Positions 9,093 through 18,736 of a stretch of DNA of 18,986 nucleotides are shown here, one piece after another. The translations under genes were made by a program, and so were the position numbers. Origin of the DNA: Octopus sinensis (taxonomy: Eukaryota); the NCBI RefSeq assembly GCF_006345805.1, contig NW_021824226.1:1-18986 (forward strand), read 5' to 3'. Within the stretch, counting starts at the first letter, position 1; the number at the start of each line of letters is the position of its first letter. The notes under the pieces are model-generated. The model was given only the letters and a program-made list of their open reading frames with translations. It searched no databases and was not told where the DNA came from.

Positions 9093-9364
9093 TATCGGTC
9101 TCCTATGCAGAACTGCCGAGAGAGGAGGACGCAAACGAGCCAACACGGGTTGTCAAGCGACAATGGGGTACAAATAAACACGTACATGCATATTTATTCA
9201 GCGGGCTTCTACACAGTCTTCGTCAACCAAATCCAGTCACAAAGGAATTAGTCAACGCAGGGCTATAGTAGAAGAAACTTGCCCAAGGTAGTGCACAGTG
9301 GGACTGAACCCGAGACCAGGTGGTTGCAAAGCGCGCTTCTTAACCGTACAGCCACGCTTGCGCC
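9093..9364 (-). mobile_element. old SINE A, 3'-truncated
   Basis: TATCGGTCTC...GGTTGTCAAGC...ACTTGCCCAAGG...CAGTGGGACTGAACCC...CAGCCACGCTTGCGCC; clearly more diverged than the other A copies. Confidence 0.85.
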
Positions 9365-9719
9365 TATATTGAACGATGATTGTGTGTGTGGCTGGTTGTG
9401 CTATATGGTTGATAATTGTATAGTAGTTGTGTTGCATGGTGTATTGGTGATGTGTAGAGGGTATGTTACAGCAACAGATATCGATTATGTAAGAGTGTGT
9501 GATGTTATTTTATTGGGTATTGATTACGTATAATGTGCGTGTTATTTTGTTTGGTTAATCTATAGAGTACATCTAGTATGCGAGTTGTTATATTTTATTG
9601 ACTGGTTATATTATAGGGTATATTATAGGGAGCTGTTTGAATTCCACAACTGAATTGCAAGAGACTTGTATAGTATGTATTCTATAATATTTGGGCAGGG
9701 TATCTTTTGGACTGCACAA

Positions 9720-10045
9720 GTGAGTTCAAATTCCACCGAAGAAAACTTTGCCTTTCTTCTTTTCGTAGTCGATAAATTAAGTACCAGTTACGCACTGGGG
9801 TCGATATAATCGACTTAATCCGTTTGTCTGTCCTTGTTTGTCCTCTCTGTGTTTAGCCTCTTCTGCATAGTAAAGAAATAGGCATTTTGTCTGCCGCTAC
9901 GTTCTGAGTTCAAATTCCGCCGAGGTCGACTTTGCCTTTCATCCTTTCGGAGTCGATTAAATAAGTACCAGTTACGCACTGGGGTCGATATAATCGACTT
10001 AATCCGTTTGTCTGCCCTTGTTTGTCCCCTCTGTGTTTAGCTCCT
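9720..10045 (+). mobile_element. SINE B, headless, two tandem bodies
   Basis: Starts at GTGAGTTCAAATTCC; second body begins ~9883 after AAGAAATAGGCATTTTGTCTGCC. Confidence 0.9.
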
Positions 10046-10060
10046 ATTACTTATTTTGAA

Positions 10061-10314
10061 GGCGGCGAGCTGGCAGAAACGTTAGCACGCCGGGCGAAAT
10101 GCGTAGCCGTATTTCGTCTGTCGTTACGTTGTGAGTTCAAATTCCGCCGAGGTCGACTTTGCCTTTCATCCTTTCGGGGTCGATTAAATAAGTACCAGTT
10201 ACGCACTGGGGTCGATATAATCGACTTAATCCGTTTGTCCCCTCTGTGTTTAGCCCCTTGTGGGTAGTAAAGAAATAGGTATTTTGTCCGTCTTTACGTT
10301 CTGAGTTCAAATTC
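10061..10314 (+). mobile_element. SINE B, head + body + start of a second body
   Basis: Full head. After AAGAAATAGGT (10280) the body restarts ATTTTGTCCGTC...GAGTTCAAATTC, then runs into (CA)n. Confidence 0.92.
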
Positions 10315-10375
10315 ACACACATATACACACACACACACACGCACACACCCACACTCACACACACACACTCACACA

Positions 10376-10428
<53 letters not shown>

Positions 10429-10450
10429 CACACACATGCATACACGTGCA
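10314..10450. repeat. (CA)n/(TA)n microsatellite
   Basis: Visible run. Confidence 0.95.
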
Positions 10451-10780
10451 CGTTTGACATGTTTTTCTATGTCTGTGTTTAAATACATAAAAAAAGAAAA
10501 CACTCAGCCACTTGCTGAATGAAGGAGCAGGTAATTTAGTTGATGGAAAACAACTAAGCTCTCATCGTCGAAATAGACTGAGAACCATTCAGCCATACAA
10601 TAACACACACACACACACACGCGCGCACATATATAAGCAAATACGCACGCACACACACACACACCTCCATCTAATTCTACCTCTCTGCAAATTTCTAGTT
10701 AAATCGGCGCCAATATAGGTATCCATTTTCAAGCGCGTTTGCAATAATTTAACAACTGCAACGCAGGTCGCAGCCGAACG

Positions 10781-10830
10781 ATGCATAATTCATCATAATT
10801 ATGCAAATTTATGCATAATTATGCAGAATT
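10781..10830. promoter_or_regulatory. candidate POU/homeodomain site cluster with 10-bp period
   Basis: ATGCATAATT CATCATAATT ATGCAAATTT ATGCATAATT ATGCAGAATT. Perfect octamer ATGCAAAT at 10801-10808 and palindrome TTATGCATAA at 10809-10818. Motifs are seen directly; function is unproven. Confidence 0.35.
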
Positions 10831-11169
10831 ATAGCAATCAATCCAATATGGTTACTAAAACTAGGCTTTCCAATGTCGGCTGTCAACTTAAATTCCACAC
10901 CAACTTGGAGAACGCCGACCAGATCTCTTCCCTACATTGTTCGGCTGATATATATGCACTTTACTCAGTATTTCATGATTCTTTTGTTGGTTTCCGTATT
11001 CTTTGGTCTAGAAACAACGTCACTTTTTTTCCTTTCTTTGATTTTTTCTGTCTTTCTTTCGTTTTTTTTTCATCCGTTCGTTCCTTCCTTCCATCTTTCA
11101 TTCCTTCCTTTCTTTCTTTGTCAGTTACTCTGTCATATTTATTTTGTGTCTCGCTGCATCTGACCTCAC

Positions 11170-11439
11170 GCCACCATACATATATACAGGTATATATAAA
11201 CGCACATATATGCATAGAGCAAGCACAAACTGGCATATATGTGTATATATATATATATATATTATATATATATATATATATGTAGATGTATATATATATG
11301 CATATATATGTATATATATATATATATACATATATATGCGTGTAATGTACATGTAGAGGGAGGTATGTACGTATATGTTTATATATATGCATATATTCTA
11401 TTTTATTAACATATATATATATATATGTATATATATATA
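11170..11439. repeat. (TA)n-rich tract
   Basis: Interrupted TA/TATG runs. Confidence 0.85.
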
Positions 11440-11548
11440 TTGGCCTGCTCGCTTAGCCAGCGGAGTGGCGTCATTCGAAGGCTAAAACAATGCGAACGCA
11501 TTGTGACCAGCGATGTGTAACATTTGATGGTCTGGTCGATCACGTGAT
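11440..11548 (+). mobile_element. probable interspersed-repeat (SINE 3') fragment embedded in (TA)n
   Basis: High-complexity 109-bp island with hairpin ACAATGCG-AA-CGCATTGT and terminal ATCACGTGAT. It resembles an octopus SINE tail from memory; there is no second copy in the window. Confidence 0.45.
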
Positions 11549-11829
11549 ATATATATGATATATATACATATATATATACATATATATATGTATATATATA
11601 TGTATGTATGTATGTATATATATATATATACACATACACGCACACGCACGTATATATACACGTATAATACAGATATATATTTCCATGCACAGGTATACCT
11701 ATACCCATGAACAATTGTCAATACATACATACACACACACACACACATATATATATATACACACACACATACTCACATATGCATACATAGATACACACAT
11801 CCACATACTCTCTCACACACATACACACA

Positions 11830-11881
<52 letters not shown>

Positions 11882-11913
11882 TACTCACATATATAGATAC
11901 ACACACCCACATA

Positions 11914-11972
<59 letters not shown>

Positions 11973-11975
11973 CAC
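11549..11975. repeat. (TA)n/(CA)n/(CT)n compound microsatellite
   Basis: Visible runs. Confidence 0.9.
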
Positions 11976-12365
11976 AAATTTGTCTTCCTCTCGGTGTCTA
12001 TCTCGTTCATTTTTCGTTCCTTTTTGTCGTCCTATCTTTTTTCTTTCTTTCTATCTATTTCTTTTTCTTTCTATCACTCTCACAATACACCTTCTCTTCC
12101 TCTCTCTCAACCTCCTTCTACATCCCTATTTCATTCTCTCTTCCATTCTCCCCCCACCCCACTCTCTCACTCTCATCCTTTCTGTAACTTTACCTTTCTT
12201 ACAAAACCTAAACAGAAACAAATCGCTCTTTTCTCCGTCTCAGCCTTTTCCGCTTTCTCTTCCTTTTCAGTTGCTTCTTCTCTCTTCGAAAACTCCCCCC
12301 CCCCGTCTCTCTTATTACTGGGTTTCTTTATATCACATGTTACCATATTTCTTTTTCTTCTTTCC

Positions 12366-12740
12366 TTTTACTTGTTTCAGTCATTTGACTGCGGCCATGC
12401 TGGAGCACCGCCTTCAAGCGAGCAACTCGACCACGGGACTTATTCTTTTGTAAGCCCAGTACTTATTCTTATCGGTCTCTTTTGCCGAACCGCTAAGTAA
12501 CAGGGGCATAAACACATCAGCATCGGTTGTCAAGCAATGCTAGGGGGACAAACACACACACATACATATATATATATATGTATACATATATACGACGGGC
12601 TTCTTTCAGTTTCCGTCTACCAAATCCACTCACAAGGCTTTGGTCGGCCCGAGGCTATAGTAGAAGACACTTGCCCAAGGTGCCACGCAGTGGGACTGAA
12701 CCCGAAACCATGTGGTTCGTAAACAAGCTACTAACCACAC
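12366..12740 (-). mobile_element. SINE A lacking ~15 nt of the 5' head
   Basis: Aligns with other A copies; ends at CCACAC, missing AGCCACTCCTGCGCC. Confidence 0.93.
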
Positions 12741-12974
12741 CTTCCTTTTTCATTCTCACTTTCCTCCTCACCTCTATTTCCATGCCTCATTCTCCCTTAC
12801 TCACCGTCTTCCTATCTTCATTTCTCTCCAATGTCCGTTTCCCCTCTTCAAACTCCCTTCCACCTCCAGATCTTCCCTCTCATCTATAAACATGGTGCCC
12901 CATACATTAAGAGTGGATATGCTGAGGTGATCAACAAGCAGTCTTCTTTTTTTATCACAGATTTCTAGCATATA

Positions 12975-13381
12975 GGCGCAGGAGTGGCTGTGTGGTAAGT
13001 AGCTTGTTTACCAACCACATGGTTCCGGGTTCAGTCCCACTGCGTGGCACCTTGGGCAAGTGTCTTCCACTATAGCTTCGGGCCGACCAAAGCCTTGTGA
13101 GTGGATTTGGTAGACGGAAACTGAAAGAAGCCCGTCGTATATATGTATATATATGTGTGTATGTGCGTGTATGTTTGTGTGTTTGTGTTTGTCCCCCTAG
13201 CATTGCTTGACAACCGATGCTGGTGTGTTTATGTCCCCGTCACTTAGCGGTTCGGCAAAAGAGACCGATAGAATAAGTACTGGGCTTACAGAGAATAAGT
13301 CCTGGGATCGAGTTGCTCGATTAAAGGCGGTGCTCCAGCATGGCCGCAGTCAAAATGACTGAAACAAGTAAAAAAAAAAAA
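12975..13381 (+). mobile_element. SINE A, full length with A-rich tail
   Basis: A-box TGGCTGTGTGG at 12985-12995, B-box GGTTCAGTCCC at 13028-13038, CCTTGGGCAAG (CORE-like start) at 13050-13060, internal microsatellite, 3' CAGTCA-AAA-TGACTG hairpin and poly-A. Confidence 0.95.
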
Positions 13382-14345
13382 TCGCCTGAACGTCGTGCCA
13401 TGTCCTCGCTACTGCTTGACCAGTTTGGAACGTCCCATTTAAATTCTTGTGGAGGGGACGCGCTCACGTGATTAGGCGATCAATCTGTTGCGAGTACCCT
13501 TTGAATGGTGGATTAGGTATGCCGTGGCTTCTATTGCGCAGACACTGACTGACTGACTGACTGACTTGACAGCATTCACCCGGGGTGGGTTGAGCTGGCT
13601 TGATTCATCCTCAATGCTGCATCTCTCACAAACGCCGACCAGGCCTGGCGATTTGAGGCTAACGACCGCGTGATCTCCAACCACTCCCTATTCCAGCGGC
13701 GAACGCCGTAGATATGGGCCTAGGTTGGGTTCCAGATCAGCCTTGACTGTCATCAGCCAGGTTTTTCGTTGTTCACCACATCGCTTTCGCCAACCCTGAA
13801 GGGGAGCTGGGGAAATTGCTTCGTAGATGAACTCTCCTGGTTGACAACGGAGGGCATGACCCAGCCAACGCAGACGTCTCGTTAGGATTACTTGTCGGAG
13901 GGAGGTGATTCTGCACTGGTGTCTCACCGAATTGTTGGAGACAAAGTGATGCCATTGGACACGAAGGATGCGGTGTAGATAGAGGTGATCGAAGGATTCT
14001 AGTCGCTTAATATCTTATTGCGCAGACACGCTCTTAGGTTGCATCACCTGCTACGATTTCTGGACGGTGTTCGCGTGGATTCCGTTTATCTGACACGTCT
14101 TCTGCAGCTTGTCTCCTTGACAGAACTGCAGTCCTGGGTGAAGAATGGGCGCCTGATATCCCTCTACGTCAGGCGCTCACATCCCTCTACCAGTCGGACA
14201 ACGGGATTAGTGTATGTTCCGTTTCAGAAATTTATAGAAGATTAGTGGCGGAGAAGTGCAACGAAGTTCTCTGGGTGCCGACGAAAATGAACTGGTGCTA
14301 CCAGTTCGAGATAAACTCTACAGGCACTGGTGTGCTATCAGACGG
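13382..14345 (+). mobile_element. L1/Tx1-clade LINE ORF2 relic, split by an RTE insertion
   Basis: RLNVVPCPRYCLTSLERP/FKFLWRGRAHVIRRSICCEYPLNGGLGMPWLLLRRH|ALRLHHLLRFLDG... rejoins in frame when 13546-14029 is removed. Later segments read YRRLVAEKCNEVL and LPVRDKLYRH. P..GGLG and LPVRD.L motifs are typical of L1/Tx1 ORF2. Frameshifted. Confidence 0.85.
13546..14015 (-). mobile_element. 5'-truncated RTE-clade LINE with (CAGT)n tail and 14-bp TSD
   Basis: Frame from 14014 reads DIKRLESFDHLYLHRILRVQWHHFVSNNSVRHQCRITSLRQVILTRRLRWLGHALR...RKTW..VKADL. After a frameshift it reads RWNREWLEITRSLASNRQAWSAFVRD. Tail (CAGT)5. TATTGCGCAGACAC at 13532-13545 and 14016-14029. Confidence 0.92.
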
Positions 14346-14422
14346 CCCCAGTGTTCAACTGGTACATATTTTATCGATCCGGAAAAGATGAAAAACAAAG
14401 TCGACCTCGGCGGCATTCAAAT
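14346..14422 (-). mobile_element. SINE B internal fragment, diverged
   Basis: CCCCAGTG..AACTGGTAC..TTTTATCGA..GAAAAGATGAAA..CAAAGTCGACCTCGGCGG. Confidence 0.8.
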
Positions 14423-14494
14423 TTGGAATAATATGAAGTAGTACCAGTATATCGGGCACGTGCAGAAAGCATCCGCATCAGAAGCAGTGGCAAG

Positions 14495-14542
14495 AGTAGT
14501 AGTAGTAGTAGTAGTAGTAGCTGCAACAGCAATAATAAGTGT

Positions 14543-14574
<32 letters not shown>

Positions 14575-14717
14575 TAACATCTGTAGATGTAGTACTAGTC
14601 GTGTTAACAGTAGTTGTACTCTTACTAGTAGTAGTAGTAGTAGTAGTAGTAGTAAAGTAGTAGTAGTAGTAACAGCTGTAGGAGTAGTATTAATCGTGTT
14701 AACAGTAGTTGTACTCT

Positions 14718-14753
<36 letters not shown>

Positions 14754-14873
14754 CTGCAGTAGTAGTAGTAGTAGTAGTAGCTGCAGCAGCAATAATAAGT
14801 GTAGCAGCAGCAGTAGAAGTAGTATTAACATCTGTAGATTTAGTACTAGTCGTGTTAACAGTAGTTGTACTCT

Positions 14874-14914
<41 letters not shown>

Positions 14915-14991
14915 ACAGCTGTAGGGGTAGTATTAATCGTGTTAACAGTAGTTGTACTCTTAACAATAGTTGTTGTTGTTGTTGTAGTAGT

Positions 14992-15029
<38 letters not shown>

Positions 15030-15358
15030 TAACATCTGTAGTATTAATTGTGTTAACAGTAGTTGTACTCTTAGTAGTAGTAGTAGTAGCATTAGTAGTA
15101 GTAGTAGTAGTAGTAGTAGTAGAAGCAGTAGTAGTAGTGGTAGTAGTAGTAGCATGCAGCAGCAGCAGTAGTAGTAGTAGTAGTAGTAACAGCTGTAGGA
15201 GTAGTATTAATTGTGTTAACAGTAGTTGTACTCTTAGTAGTTGTACTCTTAGTAGTAGTAGTACTAGTTGTAGTAGTAGTACTAGTTGTAGTAGTAGCAG
15301 CAGCAGCAGCAGCAGCAGTAGCAGTAGTAGTAGTAGTAGTAGTGTAGTAGTAGTAGGA
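14495..15358. repeat. (GTA)n-derived minisatellite with six alternating ~48-bp units
   Basis: Units ending GTGTTAACAGTAGTTGTACTCTT start at 14576, 14671, 14827, 14914, 15031 and 15188, alternating AACATCTGTAG and AACAGCTGTAG. Confidence 0.92.
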
Positions 15359-15928
15359 ACAGCAGCAGTAGGAATAACATGATGTCTTCAGTGTTTTACG
15401 GAATGTTTGACTGTGTGACTACGAATATCGATTTGGCTGATCATGGCTCAGCCCACCACCACCACCACCACCAGCACCACCACCACCACCACCACATACC
15501 CTTCCTCTCCCCGCTTCCCCCCTTTTTCTCTCGGCTATCTCCGTCACTTAGTCACCACCCTTCCCCCTTGTCTTTCCATTCTCGTCCACTCTTTTTCTGT
15601 CTCTCCTTTTTTTCCCTTCTTCACTGCTGTTGTTGTTGTTATTGTTGTTGTTGTCTTATCGTGCTTCGACTTCCTTACTACCTGATTTTCAGTTACAATG
15701 TCAGGTCGGTTAACGTTTCATCCGCGACCAACCAGCTGAGCAGCCAGCCAGCCAGCCAGCCACCAGCCAGCCAGCCAACTGACCAGCCAGCCAACCGACC
15801 AGCTCGCTGACCAACCATCGCTGACGCATCGCTGCTTCTCCTGAAGGCTACCACCGCCGCGCCCGCCGCTGCCGCCGCTGCCGCCTCCGCAATAAAGAAT
15901 AAGAGAAAAAAGCGCCGCTACCAACACG

Positions 15929-15971
15929 GTGGTGGTTGTGATGATGGTAACAATGATAATGATGATGATAG

Positions 15972-16007
<36 letters not shown>

Positions 16008-16380
16008 CGATGATGAGGATGACGATGACGATGATGATGATGATGATGATGGTGATGATGATAATGACAATGATAATGGTGGTGGTACTGGTGTTGGAGA
16101 TAGTGCTAGTGATGGTGGTGGTGGTGATGGTGACAATGATGATAATGGTAATGTTGATGATGGTGGTTGTGATGATGATGATGATGATGATGAGATGATG
16201 ATGATGGCGATGGTGGCGATGGTGATGGTGATGATGGTGAAAATGATGATGATGGTAATGTTGATGATGGTGGTAGTGATGATGATGATGATGATGATGA
16301 TGGTGGCGATGGTGACAATGATAATGGTGATGATGATGGTGGTGGTGTTGGTGTTGGTGATGGTGGTGGTGATGAGGATG
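15929..16380. repeat. (GAT/GGT)n degenerate triplet tract
   Basis: Visible triplet repeat; source of the poly-Met/Val ORFs. Confidence 0.92.
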
Positions 16381-16409
16381 AGTACACTACGACCAAGAAA
16401 TCTACGCCA

Positions 16410-17100
16410 ACCACCGCTATCACCACCACCACCATCACTACTAATAACATCCAAATTCTCAACCACCACCACCACCACTATAACCACCGCTGTCCTCGCC
16501 CACTACCACCACCACAATCATATGTACTAGCAACAACAGTAGCAACAACTAAAGACCCACCTGTCCTCCTACCACCAGTTCAATCACCTGCATTCACCAC
16601 CGCCATCATATAGCCAAGCTGCAACCACCACCACCACCACCATTACCACCACCACAACTACCAACACCAATACCACCACAACCACCACCACTATCATCAC
16701 CACCACCACCACCACAACCACCACAACCATCAACACCACCACCACAACCATAACTATAGCCACCACCAACGCCACCACCATCACTATCACTCTCCACCCC
16801 ACCACCACCACCACCACCACTATCACCACCACCACAAACATAACTATAGCCGGCACCACTACCACCACCACCACCACCACCACTACCACCACCACCACCA
16901 CCACCATAACCATCAACACTACCACCACAAACATAACTATAGCCACCACCAACGCCACTACTACCACCACCACCACCACCACTACCACCACCACCACCAC
17001 AACCATCAACACCACCACCACAATCAACACTGCCACAACTATAACCACGACGATGACCATCACCACCACCATTACCACCACCGCCACCACCATCAACACC
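16410..17100. repeat. (CAC)n-derived tract with ~90-bp higher-order unit
   Basis: CATAACTATAGCC at 16749, 16839 and 16932 within CAC/CAT triplets. Confidence 0.88.
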
Positions 17101-17300
17101 AGCACCAGAACCCCAACCCCCACCCTTACCTATTCCGCCACGTTCCCCAGCCGACATTACTGTACAAATCTCCATATCACGCGCCGCAATTGGCTATCGT
17201 TTGCTTTATTAATTGTTTTGATGTCAGCAGTTCGCGTCTTGACTGTCACTGGAATTGGACGAGGCAAAATGGAAATATATTAAAAGAACTAGATGTATGC

Positions 17301-17885
17301 GTGGTGGTGGTGGTGGTGGTGGTGGTGGTGGCGGTGGTGGTGGCGGCGGTGTGAGTGTGTAGTGGAAAAGAGGTAAGAGAGAAAGGGAGGGAAGGAGGGA
17401 GCGAGGGAGAAAGAAAGTGATAAACACACACATACATACATATAAGCATATTCCCACGCACACATATATACACATCCACACACACACATATATATACACA
17501 TTCACACACACACATACACACATATATATACACATTCACACACACACACACATAATATATATATATAAGCATTCACACATTCACACACACACATATATAT
17601 ATACATACACACACACACACATATATATATACACATTCACACACGCACACACACACATATATATACATTCACATTCACACACACACACACACATATATAT
17701 ATTATATATATACATTCACACACGCAAATATATACACACACGCACATATATATCTATATACACATTAACACACGCACACGCACAGACACACATATATATA
17801 TACATACACACACACACATACATACACATACGCACATACACATATATATACACACATACACAAATAGATATACACACACATGTAT
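17301..17885. repeat. (GGT)n, purine tract, then long (CA/TA)n
   Basis: Visible runs. Confidence 0.9.
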
Positions 17886-18005
17886 GTATATATTTACATT
17901 CCTAAATGTGTGTATATACATGTATGTGCGTGTGTATGTATGCAGAGGAGAGGGAGAGAGTGAGAATGTAAGATAGAGAACAAAGAGAACAGATATATAT
18001 CAGAG

Positions 18006-18063
18006 GAGGAAGAGGAAAAAAGGTAACTGAAGAGGATGGAACTATAAAGAAACAGTAGTAGTG

Positions 18064-18094
<31 letters not shown>

Positions 18095-18478
18095 CAGCAG
18101 CAGCAATAGCAGCAGTAGTAGTTGTAGTAGTAGTAGTAGTCGTAGTAGTAATAGTAGTAGTTGTAGTAGTAGTTGTAGTAGTAGTAATAGTAGTAGTTGT
18201 AGTAGTAGTAATAGTACTAGTTGTAGTAGTTGTAGTGGTAGAGGAAGAGGAAGAAAGGTAACTGAAGTGGATGGAACTATAAAGAAACAGTAGTAGTGGT
18301 AGTAGTAGTAGTAGTAGTAGCAGCAGCAGCAAAAGCAGCAGTAGTAGTTGTAGTAGTAGTAGTAGTAATAGTAATAGTTGTTGTAGTAGTAATAATAGTA
18401 GTAGTTGTAGTAGTAGTAATAGTAGTAGTAATAGTAGTAGTAATAGTAGTAGTTGTAGTAGTTGTAGTAGTAGAAGAA
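18006..18478. repeat. two-copy ~235-bp tandem duplication containing (GTA)n
   Basis: AGGTAACTGAAG.GGATGGAACTATAAAGAAACAGTAGTAGTGG at 18021 and 18256. Confidence 0.88.
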
Positions 18479-18565
18479 GAACAACAACAACTGTAAAATA
18501 AAAACAAAAGCGAAAAAATTTTGAAAGTAATTGAAGAGGAAAACGTAGAATAGGAAGAAGTTGAA

Positions 18566-18716
18566 GATGATGGTGATGATGATGATGATGATGTTAGTGG
18601 TGGTGGTGGTGGTGGTGGCAGTAGTGATAATGGTGGTGATAACAATGGTGATGGTGCTGCTGATGATGATGACGACGATAGTGATGACAATAATGATGAC
18701 GGTGGTGCTGATGGTT
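18566..18716. repeat. (GAT/GGT)n tract
   Basis: Visible triplets. Confidence 0.9.
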
Positions 18717-18736
18717 GATTGGCTGCAGCTGATGTA

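Noticed and set aside
11604-12500. Longest ORF (298 aa)
   Set aside because: Runs through TA/CA microsatellite, a CT-rich tract and SINE A; no coding signature.
12975-13045. tRNA-like A/B-box heads (also 2197, 3759, 4843, 10061)
   Set aside because: They continue into SINE bodies with no convincing cloverleaf or terminator, so they are SINE promoters rather than tRNA genes.
14018-14441. ORFs 14018-14245 and 14256-14441 as host genes
   Set aside because: Frameshifted pieces of the Tx1-like relic running into a SINE B fragment.
14576-15250. CRISPR-like repeat-spacer appearance
   Set aside because: Spacers are (GTA)n runs of very unequal length, repeats alternate between two types, the context is eukaryotic and there are no cas genes.
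15720-15925. GC-rich (CAGC)n/(GCC)n patch with AATAAA, suggestive of a UTR or exon
   Set aside because: Mostly simple repeat; no convincing paired splice sites or meaningful frame.
15929-16530. Poly-Met, poly-Val, poly-His and poly-Ser ORFs
   Set aside because: Frame translations of (GAT/GGT)n.
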